This document shows, in pieces, positions 12,788-24,757 of a DNA stretch of 64,000 nt. Source of the stretch: Podarcis filfolensis. Taxonomy: Eukaryota. Positions within the stretch are counted from its first letter, which is position 1; the number at the start of each line of letters is the position of its first letter. The position numbers and the translations under genes were made by a program. The DNA lies in assembly GCA_964270895.1 (NCBI GenBank), contig OZ185443.1; one strand, 5' to 3'. The notes under the pieces were generated by a model, which was not told where the DNA came from, ran no database searches, and saw nothing but the letters and a program-made list of their open reading frames with translations.

Positions 12788-13309
12788 GTAAGGTATTTAT
12801 TCAGCTACTCATTTTTCCAGGCTCTGCATGCCAGTTTGAACTGTGTGGTGCTCATGGAAGCCATGTAGCTAGGAGCTCAATGCACTACGAGGAGCAAGAA
12901 AACATATTTTAAGAATATCACTACAATTCATTCTTTCCTCTATTGATCAAATCAAAGTGTGAGTGCAATTTGCTGTTTTGTATTTTGATTACTGTAATGC
13001 TCTTTTTGGCTGCAATCCTTTATACATTTACCTGGGGATAGATCCCATCGAACCCTCAATTTCCTCCTTGTTTTTTGTAGCCTTTTTTGAACAGTTGCAA
13101 GGGATTGTAGAAAGCAAGTGAATTGACTTGCCTACCTCCCCAGTCACCTCACATTCCCCATGCTCACAATGAATGCCCAAATCCCTTCTCCACTGCCCCC
13201 TTCACTTCTCCCACACTTATGAGGCAGCAGCAAAGTTTATCTTTGCCCCATCCTTCTTCTCTCACTCCATGCCTCCATCATATTCTTAACTCCTCGATGT
13301 AAATCTCAC

Positions 13310-13405
13310 CTCCATCACAAATAGGGATATAAGAAAGCATCAATTTCCCGTCTGGCATGTGTTCACTGCATACAGCAATGTTTCCATTTTGCTGCAGTTC
13401 AGCTC
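13310..13405 (-). other. Candidate 96-nt symmetric exon (unverified)
   Basis: Minus strand: ccttttgcattgtatttttgccag acceptor, GAG|gtgaga donor; only the phase-1 frame is open (AELQQNGNIAVCSEHMPDGKLMLSYIPICDG). Confidence 0.3.
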
Positions 13406-14686
13406 CTGGCAAAAATACAATGCAAAAGGGGAGATGGGAACAGAGTTGACTGGGCTGATTTCCATTCCTGAAATGGTACAAATAAACAAACACCCACAAT
13501 TTATGCTTCCATTCCCATTTCATGGAATTCTCCAACATTCCCTAATCATCCACACACGGCCCTTTTGTGACTTTTCTTCTCTCCGATCTCATCAACTTCT
13601 TTCACCATCTTGCTTTAAGAGCGCAATCATATGTGCATTTACTCAGAAGTCAATCCACTGGTTTCAATAGGGCTTCATGCCAGCCACGTCAGCATGCATG
13701 GGATTCCAGCCTTTGCCTTTCTTCTCACCCTTCTTTGCCTTTTCAGCAAACTGCACCTACTGAACTGCAGTGCCCTTCAACCTCTGTAGTGGCTCTGCTT
13801 ATTTCTGTAAGTTACTCTTGGCTGGTGGGTTGTGTTATGAGAGCCGTGCACCTACATTCACTTTTGTGATGACAATAAATGAGATACACAGAGACTTTTC
13901 TGTTTATTTCTTCAGCTGTTCGTTTATAGCAAATTTCTACTCAAACTTGTGAAATAGGGTTCATTTCATTCTATATGCCAAGAGAGTGAGGGAGCGCATT
14001 GAGGAGCTTTGACACAAAGAGAGAAAGGAAGAACAATAACGTGCCAAAAATGTGTTGTTATGATCTTTCGCATGGGGCACTGTCACTGGGAGGGGTCTGC
14101 ACTTCAGAGTCAGTCTGAACATGATAAAGTACAAAAAGTACAGCTGCAGAGTCCCTTTGGATAGTGTGGCAAGACATATGGAAAACGTTTCCTGACTTAT
14201 GAAAAATAATATTGGGGCAGAGCGTAGAAAAGAATTTGGGTCAAGAGGGTGGGGGGAAAAATGGCATTTGAGCAAGCTCTTATACACAATCTTCCTGATA
14301 AGATGTAGGGGTATAAATCTAGTGCCTCCATGTAGAAACACACAATAATTAATATATATTCAGAATTAGATGGAGTAAGAACCGTGGATTTGGTTGTTCC
14401 ACAAGCTCCATCCCAAGTAGATTGTATCTATAATGTTCGTAGGAACAATGGACGGAGGAGAGCAGCCTTGCTTGGGGCAGAAAACACACCATCCATTTCA
14501 AAAGAGGAACAAAACAGTCAACCGGCAAGCCACCTGCACAACAAAATACAAATACATAGATCAATAACAAGCATAGGTTCCAAAAATGGATGTGAGAAAG
14601 GACAATCTTGCTAGCATTGGGCCTTTCGAACATTAAGGACCATCTTCAGGTGGTATAGTAGGGGAATATGTTCATCCCTAAGCAAC

Positions 14687-15394
14687 TAGAACTGGGGGAC
14701 AAATTCAATTCAGTTTTCATTTAAAGACCTACTTAATTATAAGTTTCTGAAATAACACAAAAACTGAAACACACCCATCCTTTGAAATCTGCTCTTCTCT
14801 GAATTTTGCAAAGCAGTTCTCCAGCCGAGCAATGTGTAAAAATTGTGCACTATACTAGCATTAAAAAAAATTACTGATTATATATATTTTTAAGAAACTT
14901 GTTTTTAATGAATATTTTAGACAATTTTGTCAACTTCTTAGAGATCTTTTGTTTTAGTAAGCTCTATATAAATTAGATTAAATAAAATAAAGTGCCCATA
15001 AAAATGCACGTATTAGTGAAAATAATGTACAAGAATACTTTATTCTAGGGCAGGCATCCCCAAACTCAGCCCTCCAGATGTTTTGGGACTAGAATTCCCA
15101 TCATCCCTGACCACTGGTCCTGTTAGCTAAGGATGATGGGAGTTGTAGTTCCAAAACATCTGGGGGCCGAGTTTGGGGGTGCCTGTTTAAGGGGAAATTG
15201 ATTTGTGAAAATGTGATTAGGCCAAATTAGCTACAAATGTGTATATTAGGAGAAATTCTCACTAAAATGCTGGTTAATTTTAAACACTTTAAAAAAAAAA
15301 TCGCAAACTGATGTGGAAACAGAAAACTAAACTTAAGATTTGAAAGAAATGAGAAACTGGGAGAAATGGGAATTGACGGATTTACCCATCCCTA
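14687..15394. mobile_element. Non-autonomous hAT-like DNA element (about 570 bp without its insert)
   Basis: Ends tagaactgggggacaaattc / gaattgacggatttacccatcccta resemble TAGGGATG-type TIRs; flanks taagcaac and cctgcaac share 5 of 8 bases; partial related sequence near 49008. Confidence 0.55.
15051..15185. mobile_element. hAT (Charlie-like) palindromic MITE nested in 14687-15394
   Basis: TIRs caggcatccccaaact / agtttgggggtgcctg; internal palindrome; 8-bp flanks ttctaggg / tttaaggg. Confidence 0.85.
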
Positions 15395-16253
15395 CCTGCA
15401 ACACAAGTGTTTGTTTTGGGAAAGGTATGTGACAGAAAAAAATAATCTGTGCTGTCTCTAAGAAATTAAAAGACCTAAAAAAGGGAAAAGGGTTACAAGA
15501 GAGTACTAAGAACAAGGCATCTTTTTAAAATCAGAAAACAACACCAATTTAAATGACAGTCTATTTTGTCATAGAAAGGAGAATCCTTTCATTCCATTAA
15601 TTGAACAATCACAGTCATCCAACGGTCAACTGTTGTAACCAGTTTTGACGCTGTATAATTACATGTGGAAAACAGTGATTGATTCAACTTGCTAATTTAA
15701 TGACTCAAATGGAGCATTTCAGAGTAAGCTGCAACTTTATGCTAGTTAATCTTTGTGGTGTGAATACTAGTGGGCAGCACCTAATTGCTGGCTACACAAG
15801 GGAGCCTGCTAGACTATTCATTAGATATTTGCTAGAAAAACCATTGTTGTTCAGACACAAGCAGCCATTTCCCTTGGAACACCATTTCAATTGTGTTGCT
15901 GTTGCCCGATATACTAAACTGAACGATGGCGCCAGTTAGACAGGTGATGCTTTGTTCCTAGTCTGCCTACAACTACAGGTGATAGTCAATTAAGTTTTAC
16001 ACAGAGTAGACTCATTGAAATTAATGCAGACAACTTAGTCATATTCATTAATTGAAATGGGATGACTCTGAGTAAAGTGTAGTTGAATGCCACCATATGC
16101 TCTTTCTCGATCACATGTAACTTAACTGCTAAATTCCATCCACAATATATGAGTTTGCATCATGGAATGCCATCGCAGATACATGGCTTGTGATCTCACA
16201 TAGGAAGAGGTCATTCCAGAGACTTGTGGTAACAGTGATGAAAGCCCCACTCT

Positions 16254-16867
16254 TACTGTACTTTTCCGTGTACAGTAGTACCTTGGGTTAAGAACTTAAT
16301 TCATTCTGGAGGTCCATTGTTAACATGAAACTGTTCTTAACCTGAAGAACCACTTTAGCTAATGGGGCCTCCCACTGCTGCCGTGCCACCGGAGCACTAT
16401 TTCTGTTCTCATCCTGAAGCAAAGTTCTTAACCCAAGGTACTATTTCTGGGTTAGTGGAGTCTGTAACCTGCAGTGTCTGTAACCTGGAGCGTATGTAAC
16501 CCGAGGTACCACTGTATAAGATGAGGACTTTTCCCATTAAAATAATGTTAAAAACTTGGAGTCATCTTATGCATGGGTAGTTCAGAGTGGGAACGGGTGA
16601 TTGGTTGCTGCCGCGAGTAGGAGATTGTCAGTAGCAATTGTTCTGGTGATTGTTGGCTGTGTCAAGGGCTGCTGTTGATTGGCTGTTGTTGCATTAATTG
16701 GGTGGGCGACTGGCGGCTTCTGTGACGTGTGCTACTGGCAGTGTTGGCCATGCAGGTGAGTGAGCTCAACAACTATGGGCAATCTCCCCCCATTTTTTAA
16801 AATTTGAGTCCCCCAAAATAGGGGACATCTTATACACAGGGGCATGTTATACATGAAAAGTAAGGTA
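16254..16867. mobile_element. Tc1/pogo-type non-autonomous element interrupted by a younger MITE
   Basis: Removing 16273-16516 restores left end tactgtacttttccgtgtataagatg, which matches the reverse complement of the right end catgttatacatgaaaagtaaggta. Confidence 0.8.
16273..16514 (+). mobile_element. Tigger/pogo-like MITE, copy 1 (242 bp)
   Basis: TIR cagtagtaccttgggtta / taacccgaggtaccactg; TA TSD both sides. Confidence 0.92.
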
Positions 16868-16876
16868 TATAGATTC

Positions 16877-17406
16877 TGTGGCACAGGTGAAATTGAGCCT
16901 AGTTGAGGTTTGGACCATCTGCTACTACATTTTGAAATTTCCTTGGTCCTGAACTATATCTTGTTGGGTTTCTATTCCTCTCACTGTGCAGATACGTGGG
17001 ATTGGTTCATCACATGTCTGTGTTATGCATTCCAGCACCGACTGTTGGAATCACGGGAGCGGATGTTTACTGTACTGTTTCCATTTGTTTTTGCTTTCAC
17101 TTCTGATTCCTCTCCGAGGAAGACCAGAGAGAGGAGACATGTTTTCTTTTGTTCTGCCTTATGCTTAATAAAGTAGTTTAGTGCTTACAACCCCAGCCTA
17201 GCTCTGACTGTGTTTATCTCTGCTGGACTCTGAATGTGTGCTCAAGGTCTCCAAGGCATGAGTCCGTATAAATCATTGGGGAAGGTGGTTCGGAACTCCC
17301 TAGACCTGCACGCTGATGGGAGACACAGGCTGGAAATGTTCCTGTCGTATGCCTGAGGGGTTGTCCTAGCCCCCATCCAAACCGACATATCTATGAATGT
17401 GTCACA
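16877..17406 (+). mobile_element. Probable solo LTR (530 bp)
   Basis: TGTGGCA...TGTCACA termini, AATAAA at 17167-17172, flanks attc / attg (3 of 4 match). Confidence 0.65.
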
Positions 17407-17446
17407 ATTGATGTGGTCCATGAGTGAGGCCCATGTTGGTCACAGG

Positions 17447-17575
17447 CAGTGCTTTTTTCAGGGGGTGCACAGTACCGGCACCTCTTTCTTCTTGTTGTTG
17501 TTAAAAAGTGTGGCACTTACTGTAACAACCTCATGGTGAGTACCAGCACCTATTTTTCTAGAAAAAAAAGCACTG
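17447..17575. mobile_element. hAT-type MITE
   Basis: TIRs cagtgctttttt / aaaaaagcactg; flanks gtcacagg / gtaacatt (5 of 8). Confidence 0.75.
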
Positions 17576-17786
17576 GTAACATTCAAATCATATGGGATAA
17601 GCAGATTATACCTCCTTGGGGACAGCAGCATTGGCAGGCAAATGATATGTGACCCCTCACAGTAGGAATGGGATCCTGTAATAGAAAAGCAAGAAGCATA
17701 TTGCACAGTAACATATGAACTGGCTTTGTTTTCTGAAGGTCCTTTTTCTTCTGAAGGTGGGAAGGGTGGCATTTATGAGACATGCA

Positions 17787-17874
17787 GCATAATCCTATGC
17801 ATGTTTACTCTGAAGTGAGTCCCACTGATATCCATGGAGTTTAGCCTCAAATAAACATGCATAGGATTGCAGTG
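17787..17874. repeat. Short palindromic interspersed element
   Basis: Perfect 17-bp inverted repeat aatcctatgcatgttta (17791-17807) / taaacatgcataggatt (17852-17868); fragments of the same family near 13010, 25375, 34200, 40650 and 61600. Confidence 0.75.
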
Positions 17875-18064
17875 TAAGTGGATGTCTCTTTTCTCCTCTG
17901 CCCTGTTTATGCTTTTATGGAGGCTGATGGCTGTCCAACGCCATGTGCTCACAATCAGAATGCAAGGATTTGCATTTAAAATGAGAATCTGCAGATTTCT
18001 GCTCCTTAATCTAGGCAACCAAATGCAAGTATATCACTGTATATATTGCACTGTGCCTACTCAC

Positions 18065-18110
18065 TGCGAAACGCCCGAGAAGGGATAGAATGGCGAGTTT
18101 CTCCTGATAG
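18065..18110 (-). other. Candidate 46-nt exon (unverified)
   Basis: Minus strand: ctcatcacag acceptor, GCA|gtgagt donor; CpG-rich; all three frames open. Confidence 0.25.
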
Positions 18111-18839
18111 CTGTGATGAGATAGACTGATGTTAATCTGGACTGACAGTAATTTATGAATTCAGCATCACTTGTATATTGCCTGGTGTCAAGTATGTGGC
18201 TATGCATTTGGAATATGTGCACCCTAGCCACCGAACAGCTGGCTCTCTGCTTTCATCACTGAAGGCACACATGCTGCCTGTAACGACAGCCTGTTCTGTG
18301 ATACCTGTATTGTGCAAAGTTTGGAGAAGGACCAGCTGTTTGCCTGTAGACCGTATGCATTTGGGGGGCATTGTTAGCATGGTAACACTTTTGGCTCTTC
18401 ATCAAAAGTCACTTGGTCTTGTTAATAATATGCAGGCCGCAAAGCTGACAACTAAACCGGTGCTAGTGAATCCAATACATCTTTCTTAAGTAGAAAAGGA
18501 AAGATTGCTTTAGAAGGTCTTGGATGCTGATGAGGAGAGAAGAGGCTCTTCCTATCACACCCAAAAAGTTGAAGAGGAAGCTGCGCAAGGATGTTCAATG
18601 AAAACAACAACAAAAGAGTTCCGTTTCATTATCTGCCTTGCGGATGGAAGTGTTAGCTTTTATATATTTCATACATTTAATTTTATACCACCAACACCAC
18701 ACAAACAGAAATGCTTGCTGCTTCTATCCTACCAGCCTAAACTGAGAAAATCTGGCACAATACCTAGTGTCAGGGCAACAGCAGCTGTGTAACAAGCTCA
18801 TAGAATTGTTGTGTTGGAAGGGACCACATGGGTGGCCGT

Positions 18840-19243
18840 TTTTAGTTAGTTAGTTTATTAATTTGACAACAAATTAGTCCCAAAATGATCTACAACAAAA
18901 AATAAAATATGGGAATAAAAATACCTAAGGATAATTACACAAATCAGAGTAAAAACACAGAATCACTGTTGTTTCCAAAATTCCATCGGCAAGCGAAAAG
19001 TCTTTGCCTGGCACTGAAACAATGACACAGGTGGTAGCATGTGGGCCTCGCTGGGAAGAGCTTTTCCTAGATGCGGAGCAAATACAGAAAAACCCTGTTC
19101 TCTCATTACCACCCTCTAGACCTCTCCTATACACACAGAGGGTCTCAGACAATGCTCTCATGACCTGGGAAAGTTCGTATAGGGAGAGGCAGTCCTTTAG
19201 GTATAGGAGTCCCTGGTTGTATAAGGCTTTAAATGTCAACATC
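18840..19243 (-). mobile_element. L2 LINE 3' fragment, degenerate
   Basis: Minus reading MLTFKALYN-GL-YLKDCL matches the L2 ORF2 C-terminal pattern also seen at 33639 and 39137. Confidence 0.75.
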
Positions 19244-19486
19244 AGCTCTCTGTATTATTACCATTATTCCCCCACCAGAGTTAACAGTGTCTTACATGCT
19301 GTTCACCACAAGGTCCCAGGGCGACTTACAGCAATTTTTTAAAAAAACAAATAGCCAGCATGTGAGCAGTTCTAAAAATATTCACATCAAGTCTCAAAGG
19401 GTTAGGGCAAAGGGGTGTGACTTCAGAATGTGATGAAAACTACACAATGAAGGTGTCAGGTGCACCTCTGTGGGGATGGACTTTGG

Positions 19487-20011
19487 TATCATGCTTCAGG
19501 GAATTGGCTTTCTCCCCCCCCCCCCCCCGGCAGCAGATAAGAGATCAAATGAAAGGAACGCCTTACTAGTTAGAATCTTTAATAATCACAGTGAGAGAAC
19601 GAAGAACACGTCTCCTAGAAATGGCGGTGCTCCCAATTAAGTCTTACCCCCTCCACTTCCATCCCTATTAATCTACGTCACTCCTACGTCTTGCAATCTG
19701 AGCTTGTATCCTCTGTGCTTTCTGTTCTGACACTTTCTGAGCTCTCTGTGACTTTGGAGAAGGGGGTGGATGCTATCCAGAGACTGTGAATCTATTAACT
19801 CTCTTTCTTCTAGTGTTTCTTCTACTAGCTGTTCCCCATCCAGTGTTTCCCAGCTTCTGCCTTCTGAACTATGCCCCTCTGCAAACCATTGTTCTAAATC
19901 TATGCTGTCCTACTGCTCCTGGGAAGATTCAGGATCAGGATCAGGATTGGGGGAGGGGGTGGCTCCAATCATTCTTCCTCAGTACAGCCCTCCTCAGCAT
20001 GGTCCCTGACA
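19487..20011 (-). mobile_element. Solo LTR (525 bp)
   Basis: Termini tatca...tgaca (one G>A from TGTCA...TGACA); exact 5-bp TSD tttgg at 19482-19486 and 20012-20016; ATTAAA on minus strand at 19578-19583. Confidence 0.8.
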
Positions 20012-20370
20012 TTTGGGGGCTGCCACAGAAAATGCCCTCTACCAGCCCACCAACCCTGAACTTCTGTGTGGTGACACTACCAAGAGCTGCTCTTAACAAT
20101 CAAGAGGGTCTGTAGTGGTCCTGATAGTGGAAGTCTGCACAGGAACTTTTGCTAGTGCGACAGGCTTCCCCTCTTCTCCTCCCCCTGATCCCTCACCAAA
20201 TTGTTGCGGGGGGGGGGGGGAGAGAACTCCCAGAACAACATTCAGGGGAGATTTCTCCATCAGGCAAGCAAAACTGAGGTCTCCTCCCTATATGATCAGG
20301 AAATATATAGGAATGTCTCATTTTTGTTTTTTTTCCTGTTCTGAAATACCAATTCCACATTTTAACAATA

Positions 20371-20612
20371 CAGTGGTACCTCGGGTTAAGTACTTAATTC
20401 GTTCCGGAGGTCCGTTCTTAACCTGAAACTGTTCTTAACCTGAAGCACCACTTTAGCTAATGAGACCTCCTGCTGCTGCCGCGCCGCCGGAGCACGATTT
20501 CTGTTCTCATCCTGAAGCAAAGTTCTTAACCTGAAGCACTATTTCTGGGTTAGCGGAGTCTGTAACCTGAAGCGTATGTAACCTGAAGCGCATGTAACCC
20601 AAGGTACCATTG
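20371..20612 (+). mobile_element. Tigger/pogo-like MITE, copy 2 (242 bp)
   Basis: TIR cagtggtacctcgggtta / taacccaaggtaccattg; TA TSD. Confidence 0.93.
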
Positions 20613-21540
20613 TACTTGTGCAAAATGTGTGTGCACATGGGGGTAAGATATTCTCTGAACATCCTTTGCCTGTTAACTCTGGTGGCACATTTATCTGCTC
20701 TAACAAATGAACATTATGCTCCGATGTGCCAGAGCAGAAGCCTGCCTAATACTCACCTTGCCAATCCCATTTGCTGATTTGCCACACGACAGAGACTTCT
20801 ACCCACCTAACAAATTCTCCTTGCTCCTTTCCAGAGATGGATTGCTTTATCCAAAGAAGGCATGAAGCCATTTGCTGTGAAATATTTCTGTTCAGCACTG
20901 CCTAGACTCTTAAAAAAACAACAACCACCCCCTGTATAAATGATAATTGTACTAGTAACATGTTCTTCATTGTTCTCTTCCTGCTTATATTTCAGTTAAG
21001 GAAACTCAGAGACAGATGCAACAGCTGCTGCAACTGCTGGAAACTAAGCCTTTTTCATTTTTTAAAAGAACCCCACTCCGACCGACCATCCATGCGCTCT
21101 CCTACAGTTACAACACGTTCAGAGAGCACCGAGTTCAAAGGCATACTGAAAGGTCCAACGTTAAGGAGAGGATATTTGAGTCCTTGCGTCCAGACTTTGT
21201 GCCTTTACAGAACTCAGGTCAACTGTACGCTTCAAATAACAATCAGAAATAGCACCTAAAAGCATTCTTTAGACACTTTCTTTGCTTGTTCTTTGCTTTT
21301 TCTCCAGGGTTGTGCACCTGCCATGGAAAATGTCAGCTATGAACCCTGCGTGGAGCTTTCACAAAATTATTTCCCACAAATAAACAGCGGCGCATATGCC
21401 TGACACCCAGAGAAAGAGGGAAATAAAGGTATTTCCCCTCTTTTGGGGGGACTCTTTATTCGCTTGGTGTGCAAATAGCTGAAGAATAACAAAAAGTTAT
21501 ATAAAAGTTCCCTGGGGGAAGATGCATTTCTCAGGTGCAG

Positions 21541-21590
21541 ATATATCTATATCTGTCTGTCTATCTATCTATCTATCCATCTATCTATCA
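21541..21590. repeat. Imperfect (TCTA)n microsatellite
   Basis: Direct reading. Confidence 0.9.
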
Positions 21591-23182
21591 TAATATATAA
21601 TATGAAGGCCAACATCTTGTATCTATAGCTATGTAGAGATTATCTACAGCTATATTTCTGATCTAGACAAGACAGAGAAGGGTTGGGCAAGATTCAATTT
21701 TTAAAGGTCTCTCTGTGCTGAAGGCTGGATTAATTTTTCTATCTTATATGTGGCACAGCCACATGCTATTACATTGTGCATGCAATTTATATATGCATTT
21801 ATGCCTCCCTAAATAAATAAATAAATGAGAGTGTGATTTCTCCCTGTCCCAGTGTCCATACTTTTCTCAGAAACCAATATGGGAGGGACGTCAGCCTCTT
21901 AGTGCTATCGCATTATGATCTAGTGACCCTGAAAATAGGGTCAGAAGGAGGTCTACCTGCTAACTGGAAAACTAATCAATATAATTCCACCATGGAGTTG
22001 GCACACACAGAGCGACGTAAACCTTCAACCCCCCTCCTTCTCCAGCCCAGTCTATGTGCCTCCTTCAACTGAATATAAATGTTAAATTTCAGTACTCAAA
22101 TAAAATATTGTTATTTTTCCTGCACAATGAGCTGAAGTTAAGTTTTGTATTTCGAATGGTGATTATTCTTTCAATAGATGATCTGGATTTGAGATGGCTT
22201 AGTCAAGTACTAGGACTTGACTTTTTCGTTTGTAAAAGGCATACAAACAATTTTTTTAAAAAAAAACTTTAATGCTGAAAATGGGAGCAGCATAACAATG
22301 GTGAGTCTAACTGCATAAACTAGAGAAACTCCATCAAATAAACCTGGAGCTTCATTTGCATTTACTGTGGGGGGAGAGCAAGACAAAGGGTAAAAGGTCA
22401 CTGGTGACTAATTTTCTGAAAACTAGCAGCTTGTGTAAGTAATAGAACATTTATTGCATTTCTCTGTCATCCCAGCAATGAGCTAGAAAATCCATAAGAA
22501 TTCCCAGCTCTAGCCTTTATTAAGGTATAGCCCTGGATTAGTTTAATGTCCAATTTAAAGTCACTACTTGCACCTACTTTGCTTACTTCTCTATACATGA
22601 ATCATTTTCTCGTCCTGTTATTTCCAGCAGTAAAAGTTACTAAAAATAAGTGTTTAAAAATTTAAAAGACTGTTGCTTTTTTAAAAAAAGTGTTCTCTCT
22701 CTGTATGTAGAGTGTGTCCTCTACTGTGATGTAAAAAAAGCAGCATAAAAATATTTTGTTGTTAAAAAAAGAAATCAAAACAGAAGAATGTGTTTTCCCT
22801 GGTGTGCATAACTCCTTCCGCTTGGCTTTGGCAAATATTATAATTGGAGTGTGGTCAGTAAAAACCAGGCAGAAGTGATTCTTGAATATTCAGTGCAGGA
22901 ATCCTTGGACTAGCAATTTGTCCACCTTCAGAGATTTGGCATCAGGACAAATAATTAGACTTTCGGCAACTGCAAACTCTTATTAATTTGCTTGACAGGA
23001 TGAAGGATGCTGAGGAAAAATGAAACGATGAAGGGCAGAATCATATAAATTCCTAATCTGACACTCCTCTCCCTAGGCCCTCGAGCTCACTCCCCCCCCC
23101 CCAACATGTGGGTCACTTGGAAATTGCTGGGCATCTTGCAAGACAATATAATAAACTTTTTATCTTCAGCAACAGTCTCCTT

Positions 23183-23483
23183 GGCCACATTCACAGCATG
23201 CCTTTAAAACACTATGGTACCACTTTAAGCAGTCACGGCTTCCCCCCAAAGAATTCTGGGAGCTGTAGTTTGTTCCATATGCTGAGATGTGTTAGGAGAC
23301 CCTTATTCCCCAGAGTGCTTTAGCATTCAATCCCTATTCACTGGGAACTCTGAGAATTGTAGCTCTGTGTGGAATAGGGAGTCTCCTACAATTCTCATCA
23401 CCTTTAACAAACTTCAGCTCCTATAATTCATGACTGTTCAAAGTGGTATCATAGTGCTTAAAGTTTATGGTATGAATGTAACC
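23183..23483. mobile_element. Harbinger-like palindromic MITE
   Basis: Ends ggccacattcac / gtatgaatgtaacc; internal inverted arms. Confidence 0.75.
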
Positions 23484-24581
23484 ATTGTCAAAGCTAGTAC
23501 TGTGTTATGAAAATCACAGGCTCTAGGCCAGGCTGCTGCCAAGGGCCATTTTAGACCATCCCAGAACCATATTATGAAAACCATGGACCCTGGAATAGGG
23601 CCTTGTGTTAGACAGTCAAAATGGCCTTGATCTTCATTGTTGGTTGGTGGACTCTCTCTCTCAAGTGCAGGGCAAAATACAGAGTTTCTTGACTATTCCA
23701 CAACCTTTTTGTGGACCACCTAAATGGAGGTTGATATTTATTGTTTGAAAACCTTCAGGGTCTCAGAGGCTGCTGTTGCTTGCACATCAAATGCCATATA
23801 TGAATCCTGGAGACAGGGAAGGACTTTAGTCTTCCAAATTTCAGTGCTGCCCTGTGTGAAGCCCAAATTTGGTTTCCATTCTGCTCAATTCAATATGTCG
23901 TAGTTGTGGCACCCCTCAGCTCAGTGCCCAGTGTGGTGGAATCAGTCACACTGCCCTAAATCTGCCTCTGCTAGAGATCATTTTAATATTTCCTAAAACC
24001 TGCACTGTAGCTGACTGTAGCTCAGCTCCTCTTTTTTCCTAGCATCATACACAGAAGGAAAAGACAATAAACCTGTGAGAAAATCAATTCATCTTATTAA
24101 TATTCACCAAACACTTCAAGCTTCACCATCTAGGCTAGCCCCCAGGAGAAAGTTCTGCATGGAACATATAGCTCCTACTGGCTTCTTTTCTTTTACTAAT
24201 CTCTCCCCCCACCTCCATTTTTGCTTCTCTTTTTCATTTTTCCTCCTCCTCCTCCTTTCAAAGAGTAGTTCACCCTACAGATGACATCAGAACCAAGACT
24301 CAAACTCTTTGTTCTCTGGAAACATTAAGTGGCATGTGAAAATAGGAATACTTTCCCTGTACTGCTTGTAAGTTAATTAGATAGAATACTTGTATTACAG
24401 TTATTAACTGCATCTAAAATAAACATTCAGATTTGTAATTCACCGACTTCTGAGTTAGTGATATTGTGTGACTGCAGAAAAGCTGCAATTTCTCCTGCCC
24501 ATGAAGTCAATTCAAGTTTTTATATAGATTGATTTTCTTCCTTTGCTTTTTTTTTTTCATTTTGAAGAAGCAGGTCAGCAG

Positions 24582-24757
24582 CAGGGATGCCAACTTGAAT
24601 AAAAAATTGTGGGACCCAGGTAAGCCCCACCACTTCGTCACATGACGCAGTGCACACAAACTATTTGAATGGGAGTGCCCATCAACTTTGTGGGGGCCCG
24701 TTCCCCTCAAATATTTTATTCTGAAGTCTCCACAGCCCCTAGGAATTGGCTCCTATG
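24582..24757. mobile_element. hAT-type MITE, degenerate
   Basis: Starts cagggatgccaact, ends aattggctcctatg. Confidence 0.55.

Noticed and set aside
16993-17176. Apparent exon DTWDWFITCLCYAFQHRLLESRER after a good acceptor
   Set aside because: Lies inside the 16877-17406 solo LTR and has no convincing donor.
20807-20901. Minus-strand candidate exon
   Set aside because: All three frames contain a stop codon.
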